DNA from: the human T2T-CHM13v2.0 reference genome, Homo sapiens | NCBI RefSeq assembly: GCF_009914755.1 | Contig: NC_060938.1 | Reading direction: 5' to 3' (one strand) | Length of the DNA stretch: 64,000 nucleotides | Part shown: positions 47,851-58,399 of the stretch, in pieces | Numbering within the stretch: position 1 is the first letter of the stretch | How the letters are laid out: the number at the start of each line of letters is the position of its first letter | Made by a program: the position numbers and the translations under genes | Notes under the pieces: model-generated | Told to the model about the DNA's origin: nothing | What the model saw: the letters and a program-made list of their open reading frames with translations, nothing else | Databases searched by the model: none

Positions 47851-49058
47851 AAATCTACCTCTCCCCAGACTGTTGCCTTTCCATGGCAGAGATTTTAATT
47901 ATCTTAGCTTTTTACCACTTTCAACTGCTGCGAACCTAAAATGTCAGTGCGTTTAACATCTAAAATACCAACTCACTAAACCACAAACTTGGAAAAACCG
48001 CTCAACCACTATTATTCCACATTTGAAGTCATTTCCGGTAATCATTTTCACCTAATTAGTAGTCTGGGTAATTAGATTTCGAGGTAAGTAACAGATTTAT
48101 TAGGGTTTTGGAGAATCTTGATTATATGTGTCTAAGGAACGAAAGCTAAACAAACAAGTATTTAACTTTTAATAGACACCCATCAAATATTTAAGCATAT
48201 TCCAAAAAAGTCTTCAAGATTGGCACAGGGCTTGCCAGAAATTGTGAAGTAAAGTTAGAATCCCACCAATCAGATAATGACGGGACCCCACATTTGTAGT
48301 GCAAGCTGCTTCCATGTTGATTTTGATGTGTGGAGGCTGCAGATCCTGCGGGAGGCAAATTTTCAGACATTTGGGTCCTCGGCAGCTGCAGCAGAGTTTC
48401 CTGTTAACTCTAACTGCCTTTTGCACATTTTAGTTTTGAAGAAAGTAGATACACAAACACCCAAAGTTGTGAAACTAGTAGAATTTCTCCCTACCTTTCA
48501 AGTTTCCTACAATCCTATAAGAAAAAGAGCTCAAGGGGGAAAAGAAAGGAAGAAAAAGAAAAGTTATTTACTTTCTTCAGCTGAGCTCCCCGCCTCCACC
48601 CCAGCAAAGAGATTCAAAGTAGATGTTAATATAGACTGGCAGTTTGCAAGTCTGGCCTTTATTTTCCTAAAATGTGGCACTTATATGCAAGGATCTCTAC
48701 TTTGAAACTTTGACACCATGAGAGATTGCTTCAAAATGGCGGATACAAGATAAAGGTCTCACTGACTTTAAAGGACTCCGGGTTTTCATATTTACGTTGC
48801 TTAAGACAGCAAGGCACAAAAGTCCATAAATGAAACTTAGTAACTGCAACTTCTTTCTGATTTAAATTCAGAGCACAAAAGTCATGCTTTTCTACCCTAA
48901 GATCTAACTTAATATAATTTTATAAATGTCTTTCTTGGAGGAGTTTGTATTATCCTCAGTACAACTAATTTAGTTGCCCCTACAATACAGACTTTATGTT
49001 TTTGTATTGTCTTTTCTTTTCAAAATGCTGTTCTTTGGAGGCTGCGAAAATAAACAAA

Positions 49059-49148
49059 AATCTCCAGCTTAGAGGCTGTTTAAACACATATGCGACAGCT
49101 TTAAAATACAGTTGTATATGTGTTTAAACAGCCTCTAAACTGGAGATT
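49059..49148. repeat. 38-bp inverted repeat with 14-nt spacer
   Basis: Arms 49059-49096 and 49111-49148 have 35/38 Watson-Crick pairs. Confidence 0.97.
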
Positions 49149-49668
49149 GGAGATTTTTTGTTTAATCGTACTACCTTGCAAAATTCTGAACTACAGTGCT
49201 ATAGAGAATCGTAAAATCATATCAGATGTACCCTTGAGAAATATGGAAATGTTCTTACATGTAGAGCTCTCACCCAATTAGAAATGCCTGACACATCATA
49301 CAATAAAGTAGCACATTCCAACATAAAAAGCCAGTAACACACAGAAAGCACCAGGGCCGAGATCCTTCCAGGGGCTCCTTTGCCCTTACCATTGCAAAAT
49401 GGCTAAAATTCTCAAAATAGACTATTTTCACTTTTGCTCCTGGATCCACCTTTAAAAGGAAAAGAGGAAAACCAAAACCCAAAACTAAGAGATTCTCTCC
49501 ACAACCGGCCTAGGTATGCACTCTGCATAGAAGGCATGGGCCCTTCAATCTAACTTTCAAAGCTCTTTTCCTCTCGAAGCAGGGTCCAGAACGGGGAAAA
49601 GAAATAACTTTTGAAAAATCCACGCCTCACTATGACTGCTCACGAGGTGGCCTCTGGAGAACTCATAC

Positions 49669-49832
49669 CTAGAAGCTGACCGCGGTCGCGCGGCGAGTTC
49701 CGGCAGCCGGTCGGCGACCGCACCTCCGGGCGCGAGTGCCTGGGTCCCGCGTTCCTGCCCGGCAGCCCCGCAGCCCCGCAGCCCCGCAGCCCCGCAGCCC
49801 CGCAGGCCTGGCGCCCGAGGTCCCGCTCCACT
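49669..49832 (-). other. OTX2: Candidate alternative first exon (intermediate promoter)
   Basis: TATAAG at 49858-49853 about 25-30 nt upstream; donor CTAG|GTATGAG after 49669; lies at the edge of a CpG island. Confidence 0.6.
49762..49805. repeat. (GCAGCCCC)5.5 octamer tandem repeat
   Basis: Five perfect units plus GCAG. Confidence 0.97.
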
Positions 49833-51949
49833 GCCCGCGCCCCCCGCGCAGCCTTATATCTAACGGTCAATTCGTGCAATCTGTCGCTTCTCCCTCCCCC
49901 ACGCCTTGTTTTTTTTTTCTTCCAAGAAGCCCATCTACCAGTTGCTGTGTCCTCGCTCAACAATAATTACCTCGTCCGAGAATTAATTATAATAAATGTT
50001 TTCTTGATAAACTAACGAGATAATCCGAGGGGCACACGTCCCTTAATTACAGGCCGCCATGCTCCTCTCTGCTTCTCGTCCGGGCTGATTAATTTTCTGC
50101 ATGATGGAAAGGAAACAAAACTACGCGGACTGGCGACTGGCCTGCGGCTGGGAAGACGACGAAGAGGAGGAAAGAAAGAAAAAGGAGACGTGTGGGCACC
50201 GCGGAAAACGGCCGGCGCTGGCCTCTCTCCGGCGAACTCGAGTGAAAGTTTCTGGCCTCGGGGAATCAAATAACTCTGCCACCCGCGAGGGAGGGAGGAA
50301 GAAACGTGCCAAAAGGGTTGGCCTTGACTATTAATTATCGTTGGGAGAAAGCCCCGGTGTTAGCGCTGAGGTCTGGGTGTCTACCTTACTCTGGGGGGAG
50401 GAGTTCCCTCTCCTACTCCCCTCTGTTGCTAATAACTTTTGGTGCCTGTAAAAAGTCCCGAGCTGAGCAGGAGAAATCCTGACCCCGAAGCTCTAGGATG
50501 GAGGGGAGAATTTCTAGGAGCGACTTCCCCGTCCCCTCCCCAAGCAATCCACCACCGCAGGGTCGGCGCCGCTCGGCCTTCGCTCCCCGCGCACCAGTTC
50601 TATCTGTGAAGGAAGCAAAAGCCAACTCGGTGGAATCCTGACAGGGGACTTGGGTTTCCAAAAATATGTCCCGAAATCGGGCATCGATTTCAAGAGTCAC
50701 TTGAACGCAACAACGCGAAGACTTCTTGGGAGTTTGCAGAGCGACCCGTCGCCCGCGCCCGGCGCTGGCAGGGACCTTCGGATGGTTCTTACTGGGCCGA
50801 TCCATGGCACAGGCTGGGCCTCGGCGAACCCCTCGGCCCCCGCCCGGCCCCGAGCCACGACACCTCATTGTCCTGGAGCCTGGGAAGGGGGTGCGCGAGC
50901 GCGCGGGCGAGCCCTGCCTCTCCCCGCCAGAGAACAGCTGAGGGGCCGCGGTCCCAGCGGGAGGATTCCGGTCCCTGGCCCGGCCGCGGCCTTGGGCGGA
51001 GCAGGGGCCACTAGCTGCCACTTCTGCCCGCCCCAGGTGCGCGCGGAGGGCTACGTGGGGCGGGCCGCGACCCGGCAAAGTCATGTTGAAAAAACACTCT
51101 TCACGTTCGCTCGGCCTGGTGACCAGGGTCGGGGACCACGACAACCGGGGGTTGGGAGGCTGCGTAATTACAACCCAGGGTGGTTTGGATTTTGGGGGGT
51201 GGTGGATATTTAAAAACAAAAAGGAGATCTGGAAGCTTTTGGGAGAAACAGACAACCGAGCTGTGCTAGGCTGAGGGAGAGGAGGCCAAAGAGAGCGAGC
51301 AGTGAGCGCCGGGGCGGACGAGAAGCCAGCGCTCCCAGCCTCCTCGGTTATCCGCTCCGGTTTCCGCTCACGTTCAACAGGGGCCGACAGGGGCTCGAGC
51401 GGCGGCCCCCGGCCCAGGCCGACCCGCAAGCGAACCGAGCTTCCGGCGCGCGGGCCCAAGGAGGCGCCTGGCTTTTTATTATTGTTGTTTCAATCCATCC
51501 ATCTAGTTACATCTGCATCTTTTTGTCTCGGACTCTAAAAAGGTCCCTGGGATCCATCCAAACGACCCCAACCAAATCTGGGGGCCAAAACGCAAAGATC
51601 GCGGGAGAAGCCCAGAACGGCGTTGACATAAAAACAAAACCACAAACAAAACCTTCCAAAACACCCCAGATTACATTCGCAGCGTTTCGACGACGTTTTG
51701 CAGAAGCGACGACCCCCAGGAGCACGCTCTCTGCCTCTCTCCCACTACCGCTCTCATCTCTAGATCACATTTTTCTTTTTGCAACGATCGTTATTACACC
51801 TCAAAATTTGTAAGAGAAAAAATACATCCGCCTACAGAACTCCACGTTCGCAGAGGGGCATCGGTCGGTCTATTGGAGGTACTGGGGTGATGGCCGACAG
51901 ACACGGGGACACGTAGATATGGATATAGACAAGACAGACGGACACTTAC

Positions 51950-52013
51950 CTTACAGCCTCATGGGAGGTTAGAAAAAGTCAAATATCCTTTAAATTCCAA
52001 ATAGCCAGCTATC
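51950..52013 (-). other. OTX2: OTX2 non-coding exon 2 (64 nt) of distal-promoter transcripts
   Basis: Acceptor TTGATTTCTTTTAG|GATAGC at 52013; consensus donor AAG|GTAAGT after 51950; junctions agree with my recollection of the OTX2 mRNA leader. Confidence 0.8.
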
Positions 52014-52166
52014 CTAAAAGAAATCAAGAGTATTGAGTTAGAAACCTTGCAGTCTTCACCCTTCCATGAAAAGTCAAACACAACCAAAAAAAATTTTTTT
52101 TAAAGAACGAAAATGAGGAAGGCGGCTAGAGTTCTAAACACGCGTGGGCCCCTCTGCAATACATAC

Positions 52167-52257
52167 AAAGTAGATGTGGCGAGTGAGGGCTGCTCTAGCA
52201 ATTTTTATTTTTAATCACAGTGGAGGCTGTGTTGGAGCTGAGGCCGGTCCCGCTCTC
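52167..52257 (-). other. OTX2: OTX2 non-coding exon 1 (distal promoter; TSS approximate)
   Basis: Donor CTACTTT|GTATGT after 52167; 153-nt intron to the 52013 acceptor; promoter motifs immediately upstream. Confidence 0.7.
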
Positions 52258-52450
52258 AGGGAGATTTGCTGAGAAAGCGCCTCTCTGGCAACTTTTTGAC
52301 GCAAACTCTCCAACCAATGGCAGGGAGAGAATGATTGACACATCTAAGCCAGAGGGAAAATAATAAAAACACACAACAGGGGGAGGAAAACAGGCCGCTG
52401 CTGCACGGGGGGACGAGCAGGCAACAAATCCAGGCCTCCGACATTACCAG
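52258..52450 (-). promoter_or_regulatory. OTX2 distal promoter
   Basis: CCAAT at 52314-52318 and PBX/PREP-like TGATTGACAC at 52332-52341 just upstream of exon 1; multiple Otx2 promoters are established in mouse. Confidence 0.65.
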
Positions 52451-53049
52451 AATGTTCTTTAAAGACACTGGGCTTTGCTTAAAATATACATTATGGGCCG
52501 GAGCATGTGAACTAATTGTATAATTAAAATGATGGACAGGGAGTTCTTCTCTTACCCTCTTTTCCCCTGCTTCCTTTACTCCGAAATTTCCTTTCCTCTC
52601 TTTTTTTTTTTTTTTTTTTTTTTGTTGTTGTTGTTTTTAGGGAAGGGAAGAAAGGAAACCCATGCAATGTAAGATGGAAGATAAAAATATTTAAGTAAAT
52701 GCTGGAGAATGGCGGGTTAGGGAGTGACTGGGTTATCACATTCAACCCCAGCAATAAGTGTGTGGATGACAGGCAGAAAGCAAGTCAGACTGAAACTCAA
52801 AAACACCACTATGCCGTCTCAGACAGGGCCAGAGCACGCTGACGGCCAGAAAGGGTAAAGGAGGGAGGCCTGGGAGTGCGATGTGGGCATGTAGGGAAAA
52901 CAGAGAGAGAAAGATACACAAGTCCAAGAACAAACTATTTTCTAAAACTCAGTGTCTTCTCTATTCCCTACGCCCTTATAAATATCCTTACACATATAAA
53001 TAAATGATCCCCGAGTGAGAGACCCCGGCTTCTGGTAGGTTCCTGGGGT

Positions 53050-54220
53050 TTTTTGGAATTGAGAAGCCCACGACAGACTGCAGGGAACACGAACCCCGGA
53101 ATCTAATCTCAGGGCCCATTTAGGAGAAGTAGCTGGGACCACATCGGGCCTCGAGGATGCGAGTGTGAGGTCGACAAGATATCGTGGAAGAGAGCGAACG
53201 AGGGAGGCCCCCGTTGGAAACAGTTTCTGTGTTAGAACAAACGCCACCAAACGACCGACACTGCGAGGCCTGGAGCTACCTGGGCTGGCGCCGCCCGAGC
53301 CCCGGGCTGCGAGCCCGGAGGCTGGGAAGTGATGGGACCTGGGGGCCCGAGCCGGAGAGTGCGACCCCCAGCCCAACTTTTTTGCCTGGCATAGAAAGCA
53401 GGGACCGGACAGGTTTCAAACGGATCCGAGTCCCTAGAAAAGCAAAAACAGACTGGGCGGAGTGTGGGGTGGGGGGTGGCTAGTGGAACTGGTGAGTGTG
53501 TGTGAATAAGCTGGGTGGGGGTGGGAGCAGAAGACAGCTCTTGCTTCACAACACCCAGTGCAGGAAAAGAAAAATAAAATCTCTTCCTAAATACCCCACC
53601 CCCCGCCACCCACCCACCACCAACTACCATCACCACCACGGCCAGTGGGCCCAAAGAAACAGCTCGCTGCCTTTAATTTGGGGACCTATGTTAATGAAGT
53701 TGGTAATTAATTCGTCGCTTTGTTGTCGGTTCTTATACTGTATGTGTACTCAAATGTGGCCGTCCTTGGGATTTACAGCAATTAACGAATTACGGGAGTG
53801 CGCACGAGGCAGCAAGCTCTCGGCAGCCGGGCTCCGGCTCGGGCTCGGCCTGGGGCTGGGGACTCCGCGGCAGCGGCCCCTGTCACAGGTGTCCCTAGAG
53901 CTTTGGGCCCTGGCGGCCCCTCGAGCCCCCGAGGGGCCCGGAGCCCGCCCAGCTCCTTCCCGGCCCTCTGCAGCAGCTCCAGTCCGGAGACCCGCTGGCT
54001 GTCGCGTTCCCAGGAGTCAAGAGTTTCTAGGGGCCCGGGCGGGGGGGAGGGTGAGTACCGACCTTTTTTCTCACCCCACCCCCACTGTACTGAAACACCT
54101 GGCGGCCGCCCCCGAAGCCTTTAATGGGGATGGTGGTGAGGAGGGGGTAACAAATGCCCCGGGCGTTATGACCCTCGTGGCGCTGGCTGTCGGAGGCACT
54201 GGTTGGGTGCGCTTGGTCAG
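53050..54220. promoter_or_regulatory. CpG island at the OTX2-AS1 start
   Basis: GC- and CpG-rich segment. Confidence 0.8.
53797..54050 (+). ncRNA. OTX2-AS1: Probable first exon of the divergent lncRNA OTX2-AS1 (TSS approximate)
   Basis: CpG island ~1.5 kb upstream of the OTX2 distal TSS with a strong + strand donor GAGG|GTGAGT at 54051. OTX2-AS1 is known to start divergently upstream of OTX2; the exact exon is inferred. Confidence 0.6.
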
Positions 54221-56546
54221 AGTCATGATGCTTTCGATGAAGGAAAGGCAAATCCACCTCGATCACCTGAAGCAGAGTCTCCTTCCTACCCCTAGAAAAG
54301 ACAACGTTTCCCCCAGTTTGATCACAATGATGTTTAAAGCATAAAAGAGCCGAAAAAGAAAAATGGACGTTGTGAATCTGGCAGAGGGGAAGGCCGGAGG
54401 AAGGCCTTGGGGACAGTGGGCATGGGGTGGGATGGAGAATGATCAGAACATGCGCTTGTGAGCTAAACCAAGTAAACCATTTTGGACTGGGAGATCCATC
54501 TGCCGTAGGGTCCATTGTCCAGGGTAACCTTTCAAGCCCGATGTAGAGGTTTGCGATGTCCTCCCAGATGGCGGGGGCAGCTGAATCTCCCTAAAAATCC
54601 CCCTGTTCTATTCGACAGGGGCAGATTTATGCATGGTGGGGCGTGAGAGGGTTTTGCCTTTCCAGCGGCCGGCAGCAGACAGCTCCCGCTTCTCCTTTGC
54701 CCTCTAGTCTAATAACTTCGCAGAAATACAGGGCCAATAAACTACGAGTTGGAAATGGACAGTGTTAAATAAACAAGGGTCTCTTTAAAATTCTCATCCA
54801 CTTCAGATGTCTAAAGTAAGATTGTGATGATTTTGTCACGGTTTGGTAAATTTACCCCTTTAAGAGGCTTTCATAAATCCCAGAACACACCTTCAGCCAG
54901 ATTTGAATATAGATTTAGGTTTTAAAACCCAGAAGCTGGAAACACCGCTTTATCAAAGAGAATTTCCCTTTAGCTTAGCAATGTGCTGAAGCTCTTAAAA
55001 GATTGGATCTGAGAGAGAGAGACAGAGAGGAGAAAGAGAACTAGAGACAGAGAGAGGCAGACAAGGAAGGGGGGGGGGGGGTGAAAGACTTTCTTTTTCT
55101 TTCTAGAGGAATTCTGCCCAGATTCTGCAGCAGTTGGTAGCAGGCAAGCTTTCTCCTGGGTGTCGCCTTGAAAAGTTGCAAAATTGCTCTTCACCTGTAA
55201 GAACATGCTCTTTATCTTCCAGTCTCTTCTTGTCAATTTGGAAATTGCAGACTGCCCGGCTCAGGTACAGTCCCCACAAACCCTATTCTAGGTCAGGACA
55301 AAAGCCACTGGCTTTGGGGGAAGGGGGCTGGGCTCTTTTACTGAAAACCTTAGATGCTTGGTGGGAGAAAAAGACTCTTTGGATGAAAAGTCTAACTCTT
55401 GATTTTCAGTAAGTTCTTGAACTTCCAATTTACCTAGTATCTGTTCATTGTATTTCTGTGTTTAACTTTTTTTCTGTGTCCTGTGTCGTTAACATTTTTT
55501 TTCTATGAATCTGACTTATGGTAGCATGCTTTGTGTTTTTAAATAATTTTCATTAAAAAGTGGATGGTTTTTAATTGCCACTTGTACAATTATTTTGCTA
55601 CGCATATGAGATATAAGCATTCAGAAGCTAAATTAAGAAAGCCAATACGAAGGGAATCAAATTATTTGTCAGAGCTTGTGTGCAGTTTCTAGAATATGTC
55701 TAATATGCATATTTTGAAATCAAGATTCATGTGTGGCACTAACTAGGCTCAATTTCTCCACCGCACAAGCCAGGCCAGTTTAAAATATTCCAAACTTTCC
55801 TCCAAGTTTATTAACTTTGGTGGGGGGAGTGGGGGAGGGGGAGGGGAGAGAAGACATCCCGGGATTCTTCCAGGCTAATTAAAAAAGAAGAACAAAACCC
55901 ATATTCCGTGAGAACATAGCCTTTTGGGGGAAAGGAGCCAGTTAGACTTCCTTAACACTGAATTCAGAAATATGAACATTAATTTCCAATCTTTTCAGCA
56001 ATTCACTGGACAGTGAGGGACTACATTTTGCCTTAGAAGCACCATAATACCTAGAAAGAAGTCATTTTTTCATTAGGTTTTTAGATATATCTTTATTATA
56101 AACTTTGAGGAGATTAACCTTAATTTTTTTAACAAGGATTTAAGACTGGAAATGCAGACAAAATTTAGGGGAAAAAATAAGGCAACAGATCACTTATAAA
56201 TTAAGCTTGGGTCTCTCACTCCCTGCATTGCGGTTGCCTCAAAAAAGAGGGTAAGGGAGAAAGAAACAACTTCAAAGATAGGATTGGGCTGTCTCGATAA
56301 AAGAGTAGGGAGGCAAACTCCAAATGCGAAAAAGAGGAAAAGAGGACCATGTTGTTCCGGAATGAAACGGATTAAGATTGTGTGACAAGTGCGAGATGTG
56401 GTGCTGTGAGACATTTATGAGCGGAGTGTGAGCCGGGAGCTGTGCCTCTGTCCCTGAGAGTGTGGGGACCAAGGGTGTGTGCAGAGCAAGGTTAGGGTGA
56501 GGGATAGGAAGGGCATGTGTGGATGTGAGACAGAGAGAAGTGTGAG

Positions 56547-56549
<3 letters not shown>

Positions 56550-56591
<42 letters not shown>
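56550..56591. repeat. (GT)n microsatellite
   Basis: About 21 units. Confidence 0.97.
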
Positions 56592-56593
<2 letters not shown>

Positions 56594-58399
56594 GAAGGGT
56601 GTGGACGGGAATGTGGATGGATTGATGAAGGGTGGTAGCTGTCAGTTTACATAATTTTCATCTCCTGGTCCTGAAGTTTCCTTGAAATCAATTCTACTGC
56701 AGGCAGCAGCCTTGAGCTTACAGAGCTGATATAAAACAACCATTACAGTCCAATATCTTGCCTGTTTGCAAACTTCATTTAAAACTGGGGAAAAAAAAGA
56801 CCCAGGAATGGTTTTGTAAGAAAGGAAAAAAGAAGAAAAGAAAACCACAGTGAAGCTTTAAACTAGTTTGGATAAATCTCTAATCTTTTATTTGTAACCT
56901 TTTACAAGCTTTATTTCCCGTATATGAAAAGCTTCTTTTATATGGGCACGACAGACTTTTCCTTTGGATTTTTAATTAGAGTCCATCAATTGTAGCCATA
57001 TTTAAGAATCAATATAAAGTAATCCTTCGAGATGGGATAAGGTTTTAATCGAAAATCTAATTTCCCACTCTTTGCAGATCATTTTAAGAGGCTGGTTGAT
57101 AAAAAAAAAAAAAAGAGTTCAATTTTTAAAAGACATAACACCTAAAACCTGGAAAAGATCATGTCTACAAGAAACCAACTGATGTTGCCTTACAAAGAAA
57201 AAGTCTGGCTGTTGTTGGGAACTTTTTTTTTTTTCTACTTGGAAGAATTTGACTTATTTTTCTCTCAAACAATATTCCCTAATGTGGCTCCTATGAGAGT
57301 ATTCACATTGAATGGAGAAAGAAAAAGACAGACATTGTTTGTCTGAAACAGTATTTCATATGCAAAAGATAGCAACCTTAATTTTTTATTAACAAAGAAA
57401 ACATAAATCTTGACAGATCCCCTTCACTACATGCTCCCAAATTCTCAAGATTAGAGAATAAATAACACATACTTTTTCTTTTTTGTGCATGAATGCAAAC
57501 TTTCCATTTTCGGATTCAGGAATGAATATTTCTGTCCAATTTTAAAACTTCAAAATTAGAATTTTGCAATTTTTAATTTTTTTGCAACAATGGAAAAGTT
57601 GCTTATCTCAAAGGCATAGAATTTTAAACAGTTCTACCAGGGTCACTGGCTTTCAGTTTGTCTTAAAAGAGAAAAGAAAAGAAAATGAAAGCAAGGAAGA
57701 AAGGAAATAAACAAACAAAAAAATGAAAACTAATTGTAGGTGCACAGTCCAGACCGTTTGTGCTGCTGAACGATTAATCTGAGATATTTGTTCAAAGGCC
57801 GAACATTATATAAATGTGCATAGTGCATTTCCAACATTCACCGCTTAGTTTAAGATCTGCAAATCATCCGTAAACTAGAAGGGACCCCCCCACAAAAAAG
57901 TTTATAATGTATTTTCAGGCAGTCACTGTACTTTTAAAAACTGTTGTATCTGTTAAGCTCATTTGGAAAAACGAACTCATGATGTTTGCTTTTAAAAATC
58001 TGAATGAAGCGTGTTTCAACATATTTGATAGCCATGCTTTTCTTTTATCTACAGAAATTTCAATTTATTTAAAAGCCTGGCGTTTAATGCACTACATGAC
58101 CGCATGAATTTTAGAGGAGCCCTCTTGTATTTCTCTGTAATCGTGTCTAATGAAAACCTGGGATTTTCCATTATTTTTTAAAAAAGTGAAAATATAATGC
58201 ATCTTCATTAGGAAAATTGACTGCTGTGCTCACGACAGTTCTTAATTGAAAAGGCAACCTATTTTAATGGTGTGGTTGAGAAGAAGATTACATACTTTAT
58301 CCAAACACAAAGACAATTAATAATGAGAAGCAGGCTGCTGCCATTAACTCTAATGCAGTTGCATCAATGTCAGTGAAAAGTGCTCATACCTGAGATACA

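Larger units (their letters stand above)
49620..51900. promoter_or_regulatory. Large CpG island over the OTX2 5' intron and intermediate promoter
   Basis: Dense CpG with many GCGC/CCGG sites. Confidence 0.9.

Noticed and set aside
50413-51459. 348-aa minus-strand ORF and overlapping 187-aa plus-strand ORF
   Set aside because: Pro/Gly/Arg/Ala-rich shadow ORFs in a CpG island where stops are rare; no domain recognised.
53496-54344. 282-aa plus-strand ORF at OTX2-AS1
   Set aside because: Non-ATG start, runs through a strong donor at 54051, low-complexity composition.
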